DNA of 63,565 nt, counting the filler. It is 5 parts of 5 records of this genome, joined end to end, with 100 filler letters (N's around TTAATTAATTAA, not from the genome) between each part and the next. Parts side by side here need not be neighbours in the genome. Positions count along the whole stretch, not along the records: positions 1 to 24,063 come from SRR22947725_2484; positions 24,164 to 34,427 come from SRR22947725_2485; 3 more parts are not named here. The stretch is one strand, 5' to 3'. A model generated the notes under the pieces. That model worked only from the letters and a program-made list of their open reading frames with translations, was not told the origin of the DNA and ran no database searches. How positions within the stretch are numbered: the stretch's first letter is position 1; each line of letters starts with the position of its first letter. Of the stretch, positions 21,115 to 30,877 are shown piece by piece. Position numbers and translations under genes: made by a program.

Positions 21115-21294
21115 ATGTTTATACTCAGACTTTTAATCGCTGCTCTCGTTGTGAGTTATCTTATTTGGTTATTCAACACGCGCGTCATGGGAAAAAATGT
21201 TTCATTATCAAAAATTGCAACTTATGTTCTTAGCGCTACCTTTGTGATTTTTTTGGTTCTATCAGGACTATCTTATTTGGTAGAAGGGTCTTAA
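21115..21294 (+). CDS. Small two-TM hypothetical protein, 59 aa (not in ORF track)
   Basis: Manual translation MFILRLLIAALVVSYLIWLFNTRVMGKNVSLSKIATYVLSATFVIFLVLSGLSYLVEGS fills the gap after uvrC. Confidence 0.65.
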   Translation: MFILRLLIAALVVSYLIWLFNTRVMGKNVSLSKIATYVLSATFVIFLVLSGLSYLVEGS

Positions 21295-21836
21295 GCTTTA
21301 CTGGATAACACAAAGGTTTTAAGATGCTTTGTGCTTGTAATGATTCGGTTTGTCGCATTCACAATAATGGATAGTCTGGACACTTCCCATACTGGAAGGT
21401 CCCTCATATGATCTCCCATGTAGTCAAAGCTTTTCTCACCAAATCGATTTACTAATTTATCTGCCTTGTTTTGACTTGAGAGGTTGAAGTCTTTGTTAGT
21501 AGCCATAACATCATCGAAAAATTTGAGATGTTTAGCAACAGCAAAGGCATAATTTTTGTGTGATGCAGTTGCCAAAACAATTTTAGAGCCCTCTTTTTTG
21601 CGTTCCATAATGTAGCTTATAACGCTCTCGTTATAAGGCAGTTCAGGAATGTTAATTTCAAATCGTCTAACAAGCTGATCTTTTAAGAAACCTTTCCCTT
21701 TAGATAACCAGAAAAAGTAATGCCCAATTAACCAGGGCCTCTTTGATAGAACGCCCAATGACGATAAAAACAATAAATCGGTGTCAATTAGTGTGTGATC
21801 AAGGTCAACAATGAGTGGCACATTGCTATTATCCAT
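21291..21836 (-). CDS. HAD-like hydrolase resembling the N-terminal domain of HAD-UbiA fusions
   Basis: PLIVDLDHTL..TD, LATAS, NL...K, FDYMGD...DLPVW. Confidence 0.8.
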   Translation of the reverse strand: MDNSNVPLIVDLDHTLIDTDLLFLSSLGVLSKRPWLIGHYFFWLSKGKGFLKDQLVRRFEINIPELPYNESVISYIMERKKEGSKIVLATASHKNYAFAVAKHLKFFDDVMATNKDFNLSSQNKADKLVNRFGEKSFDYMGDHMRDLPVWEVSRLSIIVNATNRIITSTKHLKTFVLSSKA

Positions 21837-23679
21837 TATCTAATTCACTCCATTTATCATAAAGCTGACCTATTTCTTTTTCCATAGTGCTGAGTTTAAT
21901 TGTCAAATTTTGAGCATCTGGGTTTTGATAAAAATCTGAATCTGACAACAATTTTTGCGCCATCGTGATCTTATTTTCCAAGTCTTCAATTTTCTCAGGT
22001 AAAGATTTTAATAGTTGCTGATCATTGTAGGAGAGCTTTTGAGAAGATTTTTTAGATTTAGATTTGGTAGTAGACTGTTTTGGAGCTTTATCATTTAATC
22101 TGTCATTTTTTTGAAGTATGTAATCATCATAGCCCCCAGAATACTGCTCAATAACAGCGTTACCTTCCATAACGATGGTTGAGCTGACGATGTTATTTAA
22201 GAAGGTTCTGTCATGTGAGATTAGGATTAGCGTACCTGCATAATCAACCAGCATCTCCTCTAAAAGTTCAAGCGTTTCCACATCCAAGTCATTAGTAGGC
22301 TCATCAAGGACTAAAAGATTGGCTGGCTGAGATAAAATTTTTGCTAGCATTAACCGATTTTTCTCGCCACCAGAGAACATTTTAATAGGCGCCATTGCCT
22401 GTTTACCAGTAAACAGGAACTGTCTGAGATAGCCTATGACATGTTTACTTTTTCCGTTGATGTCAATATAGTCTTTACCACCAGAGACAAAATCCATAGC
22501 CTTTATGTTAGGATCAAGCGACTCTCTCATTTGATCAAAGTAGGCAAGCTGAATTGTTTTTGAGCGCCTTATGTTTCCTTTACTAGGAAGAAGCTCTCCA
22601 AGAAGCAGCTTTATTAAGGTTGATTTGCCAGACCCATTGCCTCCAATAATTCCAATTTTTTCACCTTTTAAAACGAGAAGAGAAAACTGCTTTACAAGCT
22701 CAAGCTCCGCTATTGAGTAATCAATATTTTTAACTTCAAAAACTATTTTAGAAACTCGCTTCTCATCCTCTAAGGCATGTATTTTGACGTTTCCTTGCTG
22801 TTTACGTTTACTGAAAAATTGTTTACGCATAGCCTCAAGCGCCCTAACTCTTCCTTCATTACGAGTTCTTCTTGCTTTAATCCCTTGACGAATCCACGCC
22901 TCCTCTTGAGCGAGCTTTTTATTGAACCTTGCGTTTTCAAGCTCTTCACTATTAAGCAAATTTTCTTTGCGTTTTAGGTAATCTTGGTAGCCACAGTCAA
23001 ATATGGATAGATTGCCACGATCCAAATCAAAGATCTTATTGACAATTCCTTTAACAAACGAGCGATCATGACTGATCAAAATTAAAGTTCCATGAAAATC
23101 TTTGAGCATTTTTTCCAAATCAAGAATCGCAGTGATATCCATATGGTTGGTTGGCTCATCCAGCAAAAGAATATCTGGCTCCTGGACAATTGCTTTTGCA
23201 AGCATCACTCTTCTCTTCCATCCTCCTGATAGAGTTGACAAGGATGAATCTGCGCTAAGCTTAAATCGATTTAATATAGTTTCAATTTTGTGTAAATAAG
23301 GCCACAAATCTTGACTCTCAATTTGTTCTTGTAATTCAGAGCTTTCAGAGACATTTTCATCTTTCAAAGCATTATGATATTTTGATATCAGTTTTCCGCT
23401 CTCTCCAAGACCATGTGCAACAATATTGAAAAGTGTATTGTTGTTATCTTCAGGCGGCTGTTGTTCTAAGTAACTAATTCTTGTACTATTTTGAATTTTA
23501 AGATCGCCATCATCAGCTGTCACTATTCCAGCTAGGACTTTTAAAAAAGTAGATTTACCTTCACCATTGCGACCAATGAGGCCAATTTTGTCACCTTTAT
23601 GAATGGTTGCATTGATTTCATCAAGAATCACTTTTTCAGAAAATCTAAGGGAAATATTGTCTAAGGTTATAAGTGGCAT
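21829..23679 (-). CDS. uup: ABC-F family ATPase Uup
   Basis: Two ABC domains, LSGGWKRR, QEEAWIRQGIKARRTRNEGRVRAL, KLSY C-terminal domain. Confidence 0.93.
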   Translation of the reverse strand: MPLITLDNISLRFSEKVILDEINATIHKGDKIGLIGRNGEGKSTFLKVLAGIVTADDGDLKIQNSTRISYLEQQPPEDNNNTLFNIVAHGLGESGKLISKYHNALKDENVSESSELQEQIESQDLWPYLHKIETILNRFKLSADSSLSTLSGGWKRRVMLAKAIVQEPDILLLDEPTNHMDITAILDLEKMLKDFHGTLILISHDRSFVKGIVNKIFDLDRGNLSIFDCGYQDYLKRKENLLNSEELENARFNKKLAQEEAWIRQGIKARRTRNEGRVRALEAMRKQFFSKRKQQGNVKIHALEDEKRVSKIVFEVKNIDYSIAELELVKQFSLLVLKGEKIGIIGGNGSGKSTLIKLLLGELLPSKGNIRRSKTIQLAYFDQMRESLDPNIKAMDFVSGGKDYIDINGKSKHVIGYLRQFLFTGKQAMAPIKMFSGGEKNRLMLAKILSQPANLLVLDEPTNDLDVETLELLEEMLVDYAGTLILISHDRTFLNNIVSSTIVMEGNAVIEQYSGGYDDYILQKNDRLNDKAPKQSTTKSKSKKSSQKLSYNDQQLLKSLPEKIEDLENKITMAQKLLSDSDFYQNPDAQNLTIKLSTMEKEIGQLYDKWSELDNG

Positions 23680-23715
23680 AAGTTAAAATTGAAACTTTAA
23701 ATAACAGCTTTACTA

Positions 23716-24063
23716 ATGCGTTATTTTATTCATTTTGTAATTGGACTTTTACTTATTCAGGCACCTTTTGCTGAAAGTATTGAAGTCAGTGACTTTGAAA
23801 CCACAAAACAGGAAAGTCGATACACTCAGTTGATTGAAAATATTCGCTGTCCGGTATGCCAAGGCCAGAGCATTGGAGGGTCAAACTCAGACCTTGCGAA
23901 AGATTTGAGGGGGAAGGTGCGTGAGATGGTATTAGACAATCAATCCGATTCTGAAATCTATTCTTTCATGGTCGAGCGATATGGCGAGTTTGTTGTCTAT
24001 AAACCTCCAGTCAGTCCAAAGACCTATCTATTATGGTTTGCACCTCTTATAGCTTTGCTTCTC
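23716..24063 (+). CDS. ccmH: Cytochrome c biogenesis protein CcmH/CycL, truncated by contig end
   Basis: IRCPVCQGQSI..SN..LA.DLR, RYGEFV.YKP, LLW. Confidence 0.9.
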
Positions 24064-24163
24064 NNNNNNNNNNNNNNNNNNNNNNNNNNNNNNNNNNNNN
24101 NNNNNNNTTAATTAATTAANNNNNNNNNNNNNNNNNNNNNNNNNNNNNNNNNNNNNNNNNNNN
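24064..24163. other. Artificial contig linker
   Basis: 44 N + TTAATTAATTAA (stops in all six frames) + 44 N. Confidence 0.99.
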
Positions 24164-24212
24164 ATATATTCTTCACTAGGATATATTATACGCTACTTGG
24201 AGTGAGTACAAA

Positions 24213-24908
24213 GTGATACCTATATCAGATATTAATCCAGCCAAGAACATTCCCTATGTGACAAGGCTTTTCATCTTTGCAACGATAATTGTTTATTTAC
24301 TGATACAACCAAAAGATGCTGCCGAGCTTTTTAATTTTTTTTATGAATTCTCAGCAATTCCATGTGAAATTCAAATAGGAAGGCCTATAAGTGCCAATCA
24401 ATTCTATTCAAATAACTGTATGGCATTAGTTGATACTGTCATATTTGAAGATAAAAACATATTTGCTAGTTTATTGACCGCAAATTTTCTTCATGCTAAT
24501 TTATTGCATCTAGTAGGTAATTTATGGAGTTTTTGGATTTTCGGTAACAATATTGAAGACAAGTTAGGTATTTTTAAATTTATCCTCTTTTTAATAATTG
24601 TTTCAATTGGAAGCATTGGTGTGCATATTTTTTTGAATTACTCTGACTTAAATCCTGTAGTCGGAGCTTCTGGAGTCGTATCAGCATTAATGGGTGCTTA
24701 TCTTTATAGATTTCCAAATGCAAAATTACTTGTCTTAGTTCCATTTGGAATAATCTTTCCAACAACATTAAAAGCTAAGTACTTTATGATTTTTTGGTTT
24801 ATTTCACAAGTCTTTATCGCTTTGCAAAATAACAACATTTCTTGGGAAGCTCATTTGGGTGGTTTTGTTATTGGTTACCTGAGTATGAAACTACTTAACA
24901 ATAGATGA
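24213..24908 (+). CDS. Rhomboid family intramembrane serine protease
   Basis: FLHANLLHLVGN, GNNIED, VGASG catalytic Ser, AHLGG catalytic His. Confidence 0.93.
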   Translation: MIPISDINPAKNIPYVTRLFIFATIIVYLLIQPKDAAELFNFFYEFSAIPCEIQIGRPISANQFYSNNCMALVDTVIFEDKNIFASLLTANFLHANLLHLVGNLWSFWIFGNNIEDKLGIFKFILFLIIVSIGSIGVHIFLNYSDLNPVVGASGVVSALMGAYLYRFPNAKLLVLVPFGIIFPTTLKAKYFMIFWFISQVFIALQNNNISWEAHLGGFVIGYLSMKLLNNR

Positions 24909-25640
24909 GACGAACTCATTGAAGGTATCAAAAACTTCATCTGCAAGAGAAATCGGCATGTGGTTTTCTATACTTGAATTAACTAAGATTGATGTTGTAT
25001 TTATATTTTTAGCAAAGACAATATCTGTATCTACCCTGTCTCCTATCATGTAGTCAATTTGGATACCTTTATTTATAAAATAATCAGAAAATAGCATTCC
25101 GTCTTTTCCAAAAGAGTCTAGAGTTTTCCTTGTTGCTGATTCTATGTATCTAGCTATTTGTCCATTTCCTGGTTTAAACTCAGTTGGGCTAACGGGATAC
25201 GTTAAGTCTTTATTCAGAGTTGCAGCAGCTATTCCAGAATTAATCCCTTTTGCAATCTCATCAAGTTCATCTTCATTTGGGAAATCAACTCTGCCCAAAA
25301 TTACTAAATCAGCTGTTTCAAGATTTGTGACAAGGTTTGAAATGTTACTAATGTATTGTTTGATTTCGTCTGAGCCAAATACATAGACAGAATAATTTTT
25401 ACCTTTTAGGTAATCTTCTAAGACAACCAACGGTGTGATTACAGATGATAGGTCTATGTCAACCTGTAATAACCTCTCAAGTTTAGAAGCTATTATTTGT
25501 CTTGATTGGGAACTGTTGTTCGTTGCGTGATAAATATAGTAATTATTTGCTAAAAGCAATTGATATGACTCCTTTACACCGGGAATCAATATATTGTCTA
25601 AATAAAGAGTGCCATCAAGGTCTGTAGCGAGAGTTTTCAC
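24891..25640 (-). CDS. HAD-IIA (NagD-like) hydrolase
   Basis: DLDGTL, TNNSS, GK, IGDRVDTD. Confidence 0.88.
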   Translation of the reverse strand: MKTLATDLDGTLYLDNILIPGVKESYQLLLANNYYIYHATNNSSQSRQIIASKLERLLQVDIDLSSVITPLVVLEDYLKGKNYSVYVFGSDEIKQYISNISNLVTNLETADLVILGRVDFPNEDELDEIAKGINSGIAAATLNKDLTYPVSPTEFKPGNGQIARYIESATRKTLDSFGKDGMLFSDYFINKGIQIDYMIGDRVDTDIVFAKNINTTSILVNSSIENHMPISLADEVFDTFNEFVSSIVK

Positions 25641-26058
25641 GTTTTTCCTCCATAACTAAGGCACGAGCTGTGATTAGATTGCTCTCATAAAAGTTTTTAC
25701 CTGTTCTGTCACTAGGTAGTGTAATAGATCGTATTTTAAGATTGCTAGTATGTGTGAAAGTACGTATTTCATTGAAAATCTTAGTGCCAAATCCTAACTC
25801 TCTATATTCAGGAAGAACAAAGAGTTCATAAATAGTAAGAAAACCATTTTCTATAACACCACACCCATAACCAATATTTACATCTTCTTGAGTTAGAACA
25901 AAATAGATTTTTTTTATAAATTCCAGAGATAGATAATGGTTTATCATTATGTTGTCTATTTGATTCATCTCTTCAATAAAAGACGAACGTAATTCCGCTG
26001 GTGCGGTATCCGTAGTTGTTATAGAAAATTTATAGTTAAAATTTTCAAATTCATGCAC
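25615..26058 (-). CDS. GNAT family acetyltransferase
   Basis: LFVLPEYRELGFG, LPSDR.GKNFYE. Confidence 0.8.
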   Translation of the reverse strand: MHEFENFNYKFSITTTDTAPAELRSSFIEEMNQIDNIMINHYLSLEFIKKIYFVLTQEDVNIGYGCGVIENGFLTIYELFVLPEYRELGFGTKIFNEIRTFTHTSNLKIRSITLPSDRTGKNFYESNLITARALVMEEKRENSRYRP

Positions 26059-26413
26059 AATCGGTGCACACTTTTGATCTAGGTTTAGCTAGTTGAGTAT
26101 TTTTCAAAACAAGAAAACAGACAGAACAAGTAAACTCATCTTCTTCTTTATCTGCTGCAGCTTCATCAAGTTTTAAATCAGATTTTTTGACATTTCTCTT
26201 TTCGGCAGCATCAACACTCATAAAAGAACCTTCGGCATCGTCAGGGTCTTCAACAGTTTTTTTCTCACTTTCAACGCGAGCTTCTAAAGATTCTGTTTCT
26301 ACCTCTTCTTTTTCTTCTTCTTCATCTGAGGGGGCATCGGATTCCTCAAGATCTTCTTCTTCAAGATCTTCTAAATTAGGTTCTTTAATATCTTCTACAT
26401 CTTTTTCTGACAT
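26051..26413 (-). CDS. DUF4193-like actinobacterial protein
   Basis: Acidic N-terminus; C-terminal DEFTCSVCFLV....QL.......CTDCA. Confidence 0.75.
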   Translation of the reverse strand: MSEKDVEDIKEPNLEDLEEEDLEESDAPSDEEEEKEEVETESLEARVESEKKTVEDPDDAEGSFMSVDAAEKRNVKKSDLKLDEAAADKEEDEFTCSVCFLVLKNTQLAKPRSKVCTDCA

Positions 26414-26443
26414 TTGTCTCCTTAAAGTGCTCTAAAAATAATA

Positions 26444-27319
26444 CTAAATTTTAAGCTGTATGGAGTGCTTTTTGACAAATATCTCAGCTGGGCCTTTGTC
26501 GAAATAATCACCATCAATTTCAATTGACTGGGTAGTTAAAAGTTTTATATTTCCACTTCGCTTCAATAAAACATCTGGATCAGTCAAATGTAAACCCTTT
26601 TTTGCTTGAAAAAAAAGTTTCATAGCTTTTCGTTTTGTTACTTTAAATATTTGTATATTTAATAAACCGTCCTGTAAACTCGACTTTGGTGAAATGTTCC
26701 ACCCCCCGCCAAAAAATTGTCCGTTGCAGATTGAAACAACAAACGCATGTGATGAAAACTCATAGTTGTGTGTCTGAAGATTCATTTGGGATGATTTTGC
26801 AGGTAGCAATTTTACCCAAAAACTAATGGGGTATCTAAATCTTCTGAAGAGTTTGGGTAGCTTTTCGCTTAATTCAACAGTATCTGCTAAAAATCCAAAA
26901 TTTAATACATTTATAAAATGCTTTGAACGAAATTCAGAAGAAACTAGAGCAGTGTCAATTAAATAAACAGAATCCCCTTTTAAATGTTCCATTGCTTTTT
27001 CTATGTTTTGAGGAATTGCAAATGTTCTTAAAAAGTCAGAACCACTTCCGGATGGTAAGCATGCAACTATAGGCTGTACTAATCCTTTGTTTAAAAGAGA
27101 GTCTATAAGAGAACTAATAGTACCGTCACCACCAATAGCACAATAGATATATTTTTTAGTATCGGTGAACTGGTCTATTATTTCTCCAAGTTCACTAATG
27201 CTCTTAGTCATAAATATTTTACAACTTAATTCATGCTTTCTAAAAAGAGACTCTATGTAGTCTTGTGTAAGATTTCTGCCTCTAGAATTTACGTTATAAA
27301 AAACAATAAATTCCTTCAT
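26444..27319 (-). CDS. Diacylglycerol/lipid kinase family protein
   Basis: GGDGT, PSGSGSDF, NGQFFGGG, EIDGD. Confidence 0.9.
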   Translation of the reverse strand: MKEFIVFYNVNSRGRNLTQDYIESLFRKHELSCKIFMTKSISELGEIIDQFTDTKKYIYCAIGGDGTISSLIDSLLNKGLVQPIVACLPSGSGSDFLRTFAIPQNIEKAMEHLKGDSVYLIDTALVSSEFRSKHFINVLNFGFLADTVELSEKLPKLFRRFRYPISFWVKLLPAKSSQMNLQTHNYEFSSHAFVVSICNGQFFGGGWNISPKSSLQDGLLNIQIFKVTKRKAMKLFFQAKKGLHLTDPDVLLKRSGNIKLLTTQSIEIDGDYFDKGPAEIFVKKHSIQLKI

Positions 27320-29208
27320 CGCATTGTTTTCTGTATTAATTCGTCATTAAATAGATTACTTATCATTTTGAATTCATCAATTCCATAGATATTAAAAAGT
27401 TTAGCTGAAAGTTCAGAGGCTTCCTTGCCTGCTCTAATAAAATCACCAATACTAATGTTAAACTTTATTAATACAGATTCAATATCTTCTGAATGAAGAT
27501 ATTCATTAAATATACTAAACCAGCCAATATCTATAGAGGTTGTTCTTTTAACACCAGCAAAAGATTCAATTTTATTTATTCTTTCCTCCATGATTTGAAA
27601 TTTTATATAGGTGTCTAAATATATTTCATTCAAGGAAAGATCGTGACGTGTAGAGGACAAACCTGTGCAGACAAACATTAAATAAAAATTCATGTCTTTA
27701 GCAAAATCAGTTTCCAACAGCTCTATTCCAACAATTAATTCATCTCGGTAGGTATCTGTTAAAACATTTGATTTTTTGTTTCTATTCTTAAAGCCTAGAT
27801 TCTCTAAAACCTCAAGTTTAGATTTGAACGTTTTCTGTAATCCGGAAACATTAAAATTGTTTTGATAAGCAAAAAAGCTTTTTTCGAGTAACTCTATAGC
27901 TTCAACTAATGAATATTTGTTTAACATGTTGAGAATTGAGGAATATGAAATAGAATAAGCAGATTTTAATGTACTCGACTTAAGAGTGAAAAGATTATTG
28001 TACCAAAAGTTTTCAATGTTTCTATCGTAATTTACAAAAGCAAATCCTTTAGTGTCTATACCTCGTCTACCAGCTCTACCTGTTAGCTGAAGAAACTCAG
28101 ATTGATTTATTAAACGGGTTTTTATCCCGTCGAATTTGTATAGTCTATCAATAACTATAGATTTTGCAGGTAGGTTCAAACCAAGTGAAAGAGTCTCTGT
28201 AGCAAAAAGGTAATCAATGTATCTATTTAAAAATAAATGTTCAACAAATTCTTTCACTATTGGTGCAAGTCCAGCATGATGATATCCAACTCCTCTAACC
28301 CACATCCACAGTAGTTCATCAAGGTTAAGGAGTTCATACTGATTTGAATCAAGGGAGTCGAAAACGTTATTAAATATGGCTCTAAGTTCTTTAGATTTTT
28401 TTGTTTTATTCCTATTTGTTGCAGCCTGCCTAGCTTTAGTTTCAACTCTATCCCTTGAAAAATAAAAGAAAATAGAGGGGGTTAACGTCTTATCATTTAA
28501 GTAATCTAACTGAAAGCCTAGATGTGGACGTTTAAATTTTTTATATTGTTTTTCAAATTTAAAGATTTTGTTATTTCGTTTATCTTTAGAAGACTTAATT
28601 ATTTTCAACTGATCGTTGTATGGATTTACTCCCACTAAAGAAATCTCAAGTGGAACTGGTCTTATCTCAGATTTGATTAGTGATGTTTTTCCACGCAAAG
28701 AAACTATCCAATTGTGAAATTCATCTTTATTTCTTATAGTTGCAGAAAGAAAAAGGAATTTAATATTTTTTGGAGCATGAATAATGATTTCCTCCCAAGT
28801 AGTGCCTCGTTCAGTATCAGACAAATAATGAACTTCATCAAGTACTATTAATCCAATTTTTTTTAACCTTTTATCGTTTGAATAAATCATATTTCGAAGT
28901 ATTTCTGTAGTTGCGACTATCAACTCTGAGTCAGGATTTATGGTTCTATCACCTGTTAGTAATCCCGTATTAATACCTATATTTAAAAAATCATTATATT
29001 TCTGATTAGACAATGCCTTAATTGGAGTTGTGTAAATAACATTTTGATTTTGATTTGTATATTTTTCTATGGCTCTTTCGGCAATAAATGTTTTACCAGA
29101 TCCAGTAGGAGCTACTACTAAGACATTGAAATTTTTATTTATAGATTCAACTGCATCAATTTGAAATTGATCTGGATTAAATTCCACGTTTACTTTTTTT
29201 GTGAACAA
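27316..29208 (-). CDS. helY: Ski2-like DEVH RNA helicase HelY (short form)
   Basis: APTGSGKT, PIKALSNQK, DEVH, SAT, HHAGL, QLTGRAGRRG; follows tatC. Confidence 0.88.
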   Translation of the reverse strand: MFTKKVNVEFNPDQFQIDAVESINKNFNVLVVAPTGSGKTFIAERAIEKYTNQNQNVIYTTPIKALSNQKYNDFLNIGINTGLLTGDRTINPDSELIVATTEILRNMIYSNDKRLKKIGLIVLDEVHYLSDTERGTTWEEIIIHAPKNIKFLFLSATIRNKDEFHNWIVSLRGKTSLIKSEIRPVPLEISLVGVNPYNDQLKIIKSSKDKRNNKIFKFEKQYKKFKRPHLGFQLDYLNDKTLTPSIFFYFSRDRVETKARQAATNRNKTKKSKELRAIFNNVFDSLDSNQYELLNLDELLWMWVRGVGYHHAGLAPIVKEFVEHLFLNRYIDYLFATETLSLGLNLPAKSIVIDRLYKFDGIKTRLINQSEFLQLTGRAGRRGIDTKGFAFVNYDRNIENFWYNNLFTLKSSTLKSAYSISYSSILNMLNKYSLVEAIELLEKSFFAYQNNFNVSGLQKTFKSKLEVLENLGFKNRNKKSNVLTDTYRDELIVGIELLETDFAKDMNFYLMFVCTGLSSTRHDLSLNEIYLDTYIKFQIMEERINKIESFAGVKRTTSIDIGWFSIFNEYLHSEDIESVLIKFNISIGDFIRAGKEASELSAKLFNIYGIDEFKMISNLFNDELIQKTMR

Positions 29209-29878
29209 ATATCATTACTTCTATCAGTAGATACATTGGGATGGTGAATACAAAAAGGGAAACAGGGTCTCCTGTAGGTGTGATAATTGCAGAGAAGATA
29301 AGAATCACTATAAACATCTCTGGTCTTTTTTTTGTAAGACTTTCAACATCAATAATTTTTTTATTAAGTAAAAATAAAATAACTAAAGGAAACTGGAAAG
29401 ATATACCAAATAATAACGATACTCTAGTTATGAATTGGAAGTAATTTTGAGATCGTAATATTATTTCATTCTCATTGAAGGAAAGAAGAAACTCAATACC
29501 AACATGAGCAATGCTAAGTGAAGATCCTATTCCAAGATAAAATAAAACTGTGAAAAATAAGAAGTAGAGTAAAAAGGCTGTATTCCCAATCTCTAATGCA
29601 GGCTTTATAAAAAGAGCAATTATTAGTGAGACCAAAGGGAAACATATGATAATTGCTATCCAAAATGTATTCTGAAGCTTGACCTGAAAACCTTCATAGA
29701 TAGTTAAAGCAAAAATATTTGACTGATCATATCCTGCTTTTATCAATGGATCTAGGAGTAGGTCTACAAAAAAAGAATAGCGAACATAAACAACAATAGA
29801 AACAACTGCGATGAGAATGATTGAAATTAGAAATCTAAAATTAAGTTCTTTAAGGTGGTCTATAAATGGTTTTTTCAT
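29177..29878 (-). CDS. tatC: Twin-arginine translocase subunit TatC
   Basis: HLKEL..R, FGISFQFP, AIITPTGDP, PMYLL.E. Confidence 0.93.
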   Translation of the reverse strand: MKKPFIDHLKELNFRFLISIILIAVVSIVVYVRYSFFVDLLLDPLIKAGYDQSNIFALTIYEGFQVKLQNTFWIAIIICFPLVSLIIALFIKPALEIGNTAFLLYFLFFTVLFYLGIGSSLSIAHVGIEFLLSFNENEIILRSQNYFQFITRVSLLFGISFQFPLVILFLLNKKIIDVESLTKKRPEMFIVILIFSAIITPTGDPVSLFVFTIPMYLLIEVMIFVHKKSKRGI

Positions 29879-29882
29879 CTAT

Positions 29883-30062
29883 TCACTCCTCCTCATCTTT
29901 ATCAACCCAAATCCAGTTTTCATTAATTGAAGTATCCCCTATGATTTGGCGATTTTGGCCTTTTTGAAAATTTATTATTTTTTGATAATATTGTATAATT
30001 TTACTCTTATCAAAAATACCAAGAGAAATTAACAAAATAACTAATAGCTCAACCAAGCTCAT
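29883..30062 (-). CDS. tatA: Divergent TatA/TatB-like subunit, 59 aa (not in ORF track)
   Basis: MSLVELLVILLISLGIFDKSKIIQYYQKIINFQKG...: short TM plus amphipathic helix, between pafC and tatC, ATGA-coupled to pafC. Confidence 0.65.
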   Translation of the reverse strand: MSLVELLVILLISLGIFDKSKIIQYYQKIINFQKGQNRQIIGDTSINENWIWVDKDEEE

Positions 30063-30877
30063 TTCATTAACTCATTTATCAATATTGTTTTCCTCTTTTC
30101 TATTTCAACTTTAACTGAGTTTGGAGAAATTATATTTTCTGTGTCAATATTCTTAATGAAATGTTCTATTGCGATATTTTCAGATCTAAATTGTTTTTTT
30201 TGTTGTGTTGAAAAAGAATCTGTAAAGATTGCCTCTACACTATTTTCCATATTTGAAAATGACGATTTAAGATGTTTTTCTTCAGATAGGTTGACTATTC
30301 TATCTATCAAAAAAGTCTTTATTCTATTGTCTTCATAATCGTATGCTTCTACTGTGTCTCCATCATTGCCAGAACCAAAAGAGAGTGGTTTAATCTTATA
30401 TGTACTTGGTTGGCTATTGCCAAGTTTGATGTATTCAATATAAATTTCATCAGTTTCAAATATACTACTTAAGTCGGCATCATCATTTTGCATTGAATAA
30501 TTTGACTCAAAATATTGACCTAATACATTATAGAACTTTACCACCTCGTCACTATCATCAAATAATTTCTCAATATTTATTTTTGGATTACTAAGTAGGG
30601 TGTACATTTTAAATAAGTCCAGATCTGTAATGGGTTCAAGTTCGAGTAGATATTTATCATATTCAAAAGTTATAGAATTTGTTTCTGAATTGATATTAAA
30701 ATCTAGGAAACTATCTCCATTTGTTGAATATATTTCGGATAAAATAGTTAGTGAATATATCAGTTTTTCAAAATTAAGATTGAGTTTGTTTAGTAGGTCT
30801 TCAACTTCATAAGTTGTCTTTAATCTTATTAACGAAAGTATATGAACGATTGTACTTAGACTAACTTTATAATCCAT
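30059..30877 (-). CDS. pafC: WYL-domain regulator, PafC-like
   Basis: N-terminal wHTH-like region; IEY...IKPL...EAYD....IKTFLIDRI WYL domain; position after pafB. Confidence 0.7.
   Translation of the reverse strand: MDYKVSLSTIVHILSLIRLKTTYEVEDLLNKLNLNFEKLIYSLTILSEIYSTNGDSFLDFNINSETNSITFEYDKYLLELEPITDLDLFKMYTLLSNPKINIEKLFDDSDEVVKFYNVLGQYFESNYSMQNDDADLSSIFETDEIYIEYIKLGNSQPSTYKIKPLSFGSGNDGDTVEAYDYEDNRIKTFLIDRIVNLSEEKHLKSSFSNMENSVEAIFTDSFSTQQKKQFRSENIAIEHFIKNIDTENIISPNSVKVEIEKRKTILINELMK

Noticed and set aside
24108-24119. Recurrent TTAATTAATTAA palindrome as a biological repeat
   Set aside because: Always centred in N runs; a synthetic six-frame stop linker.
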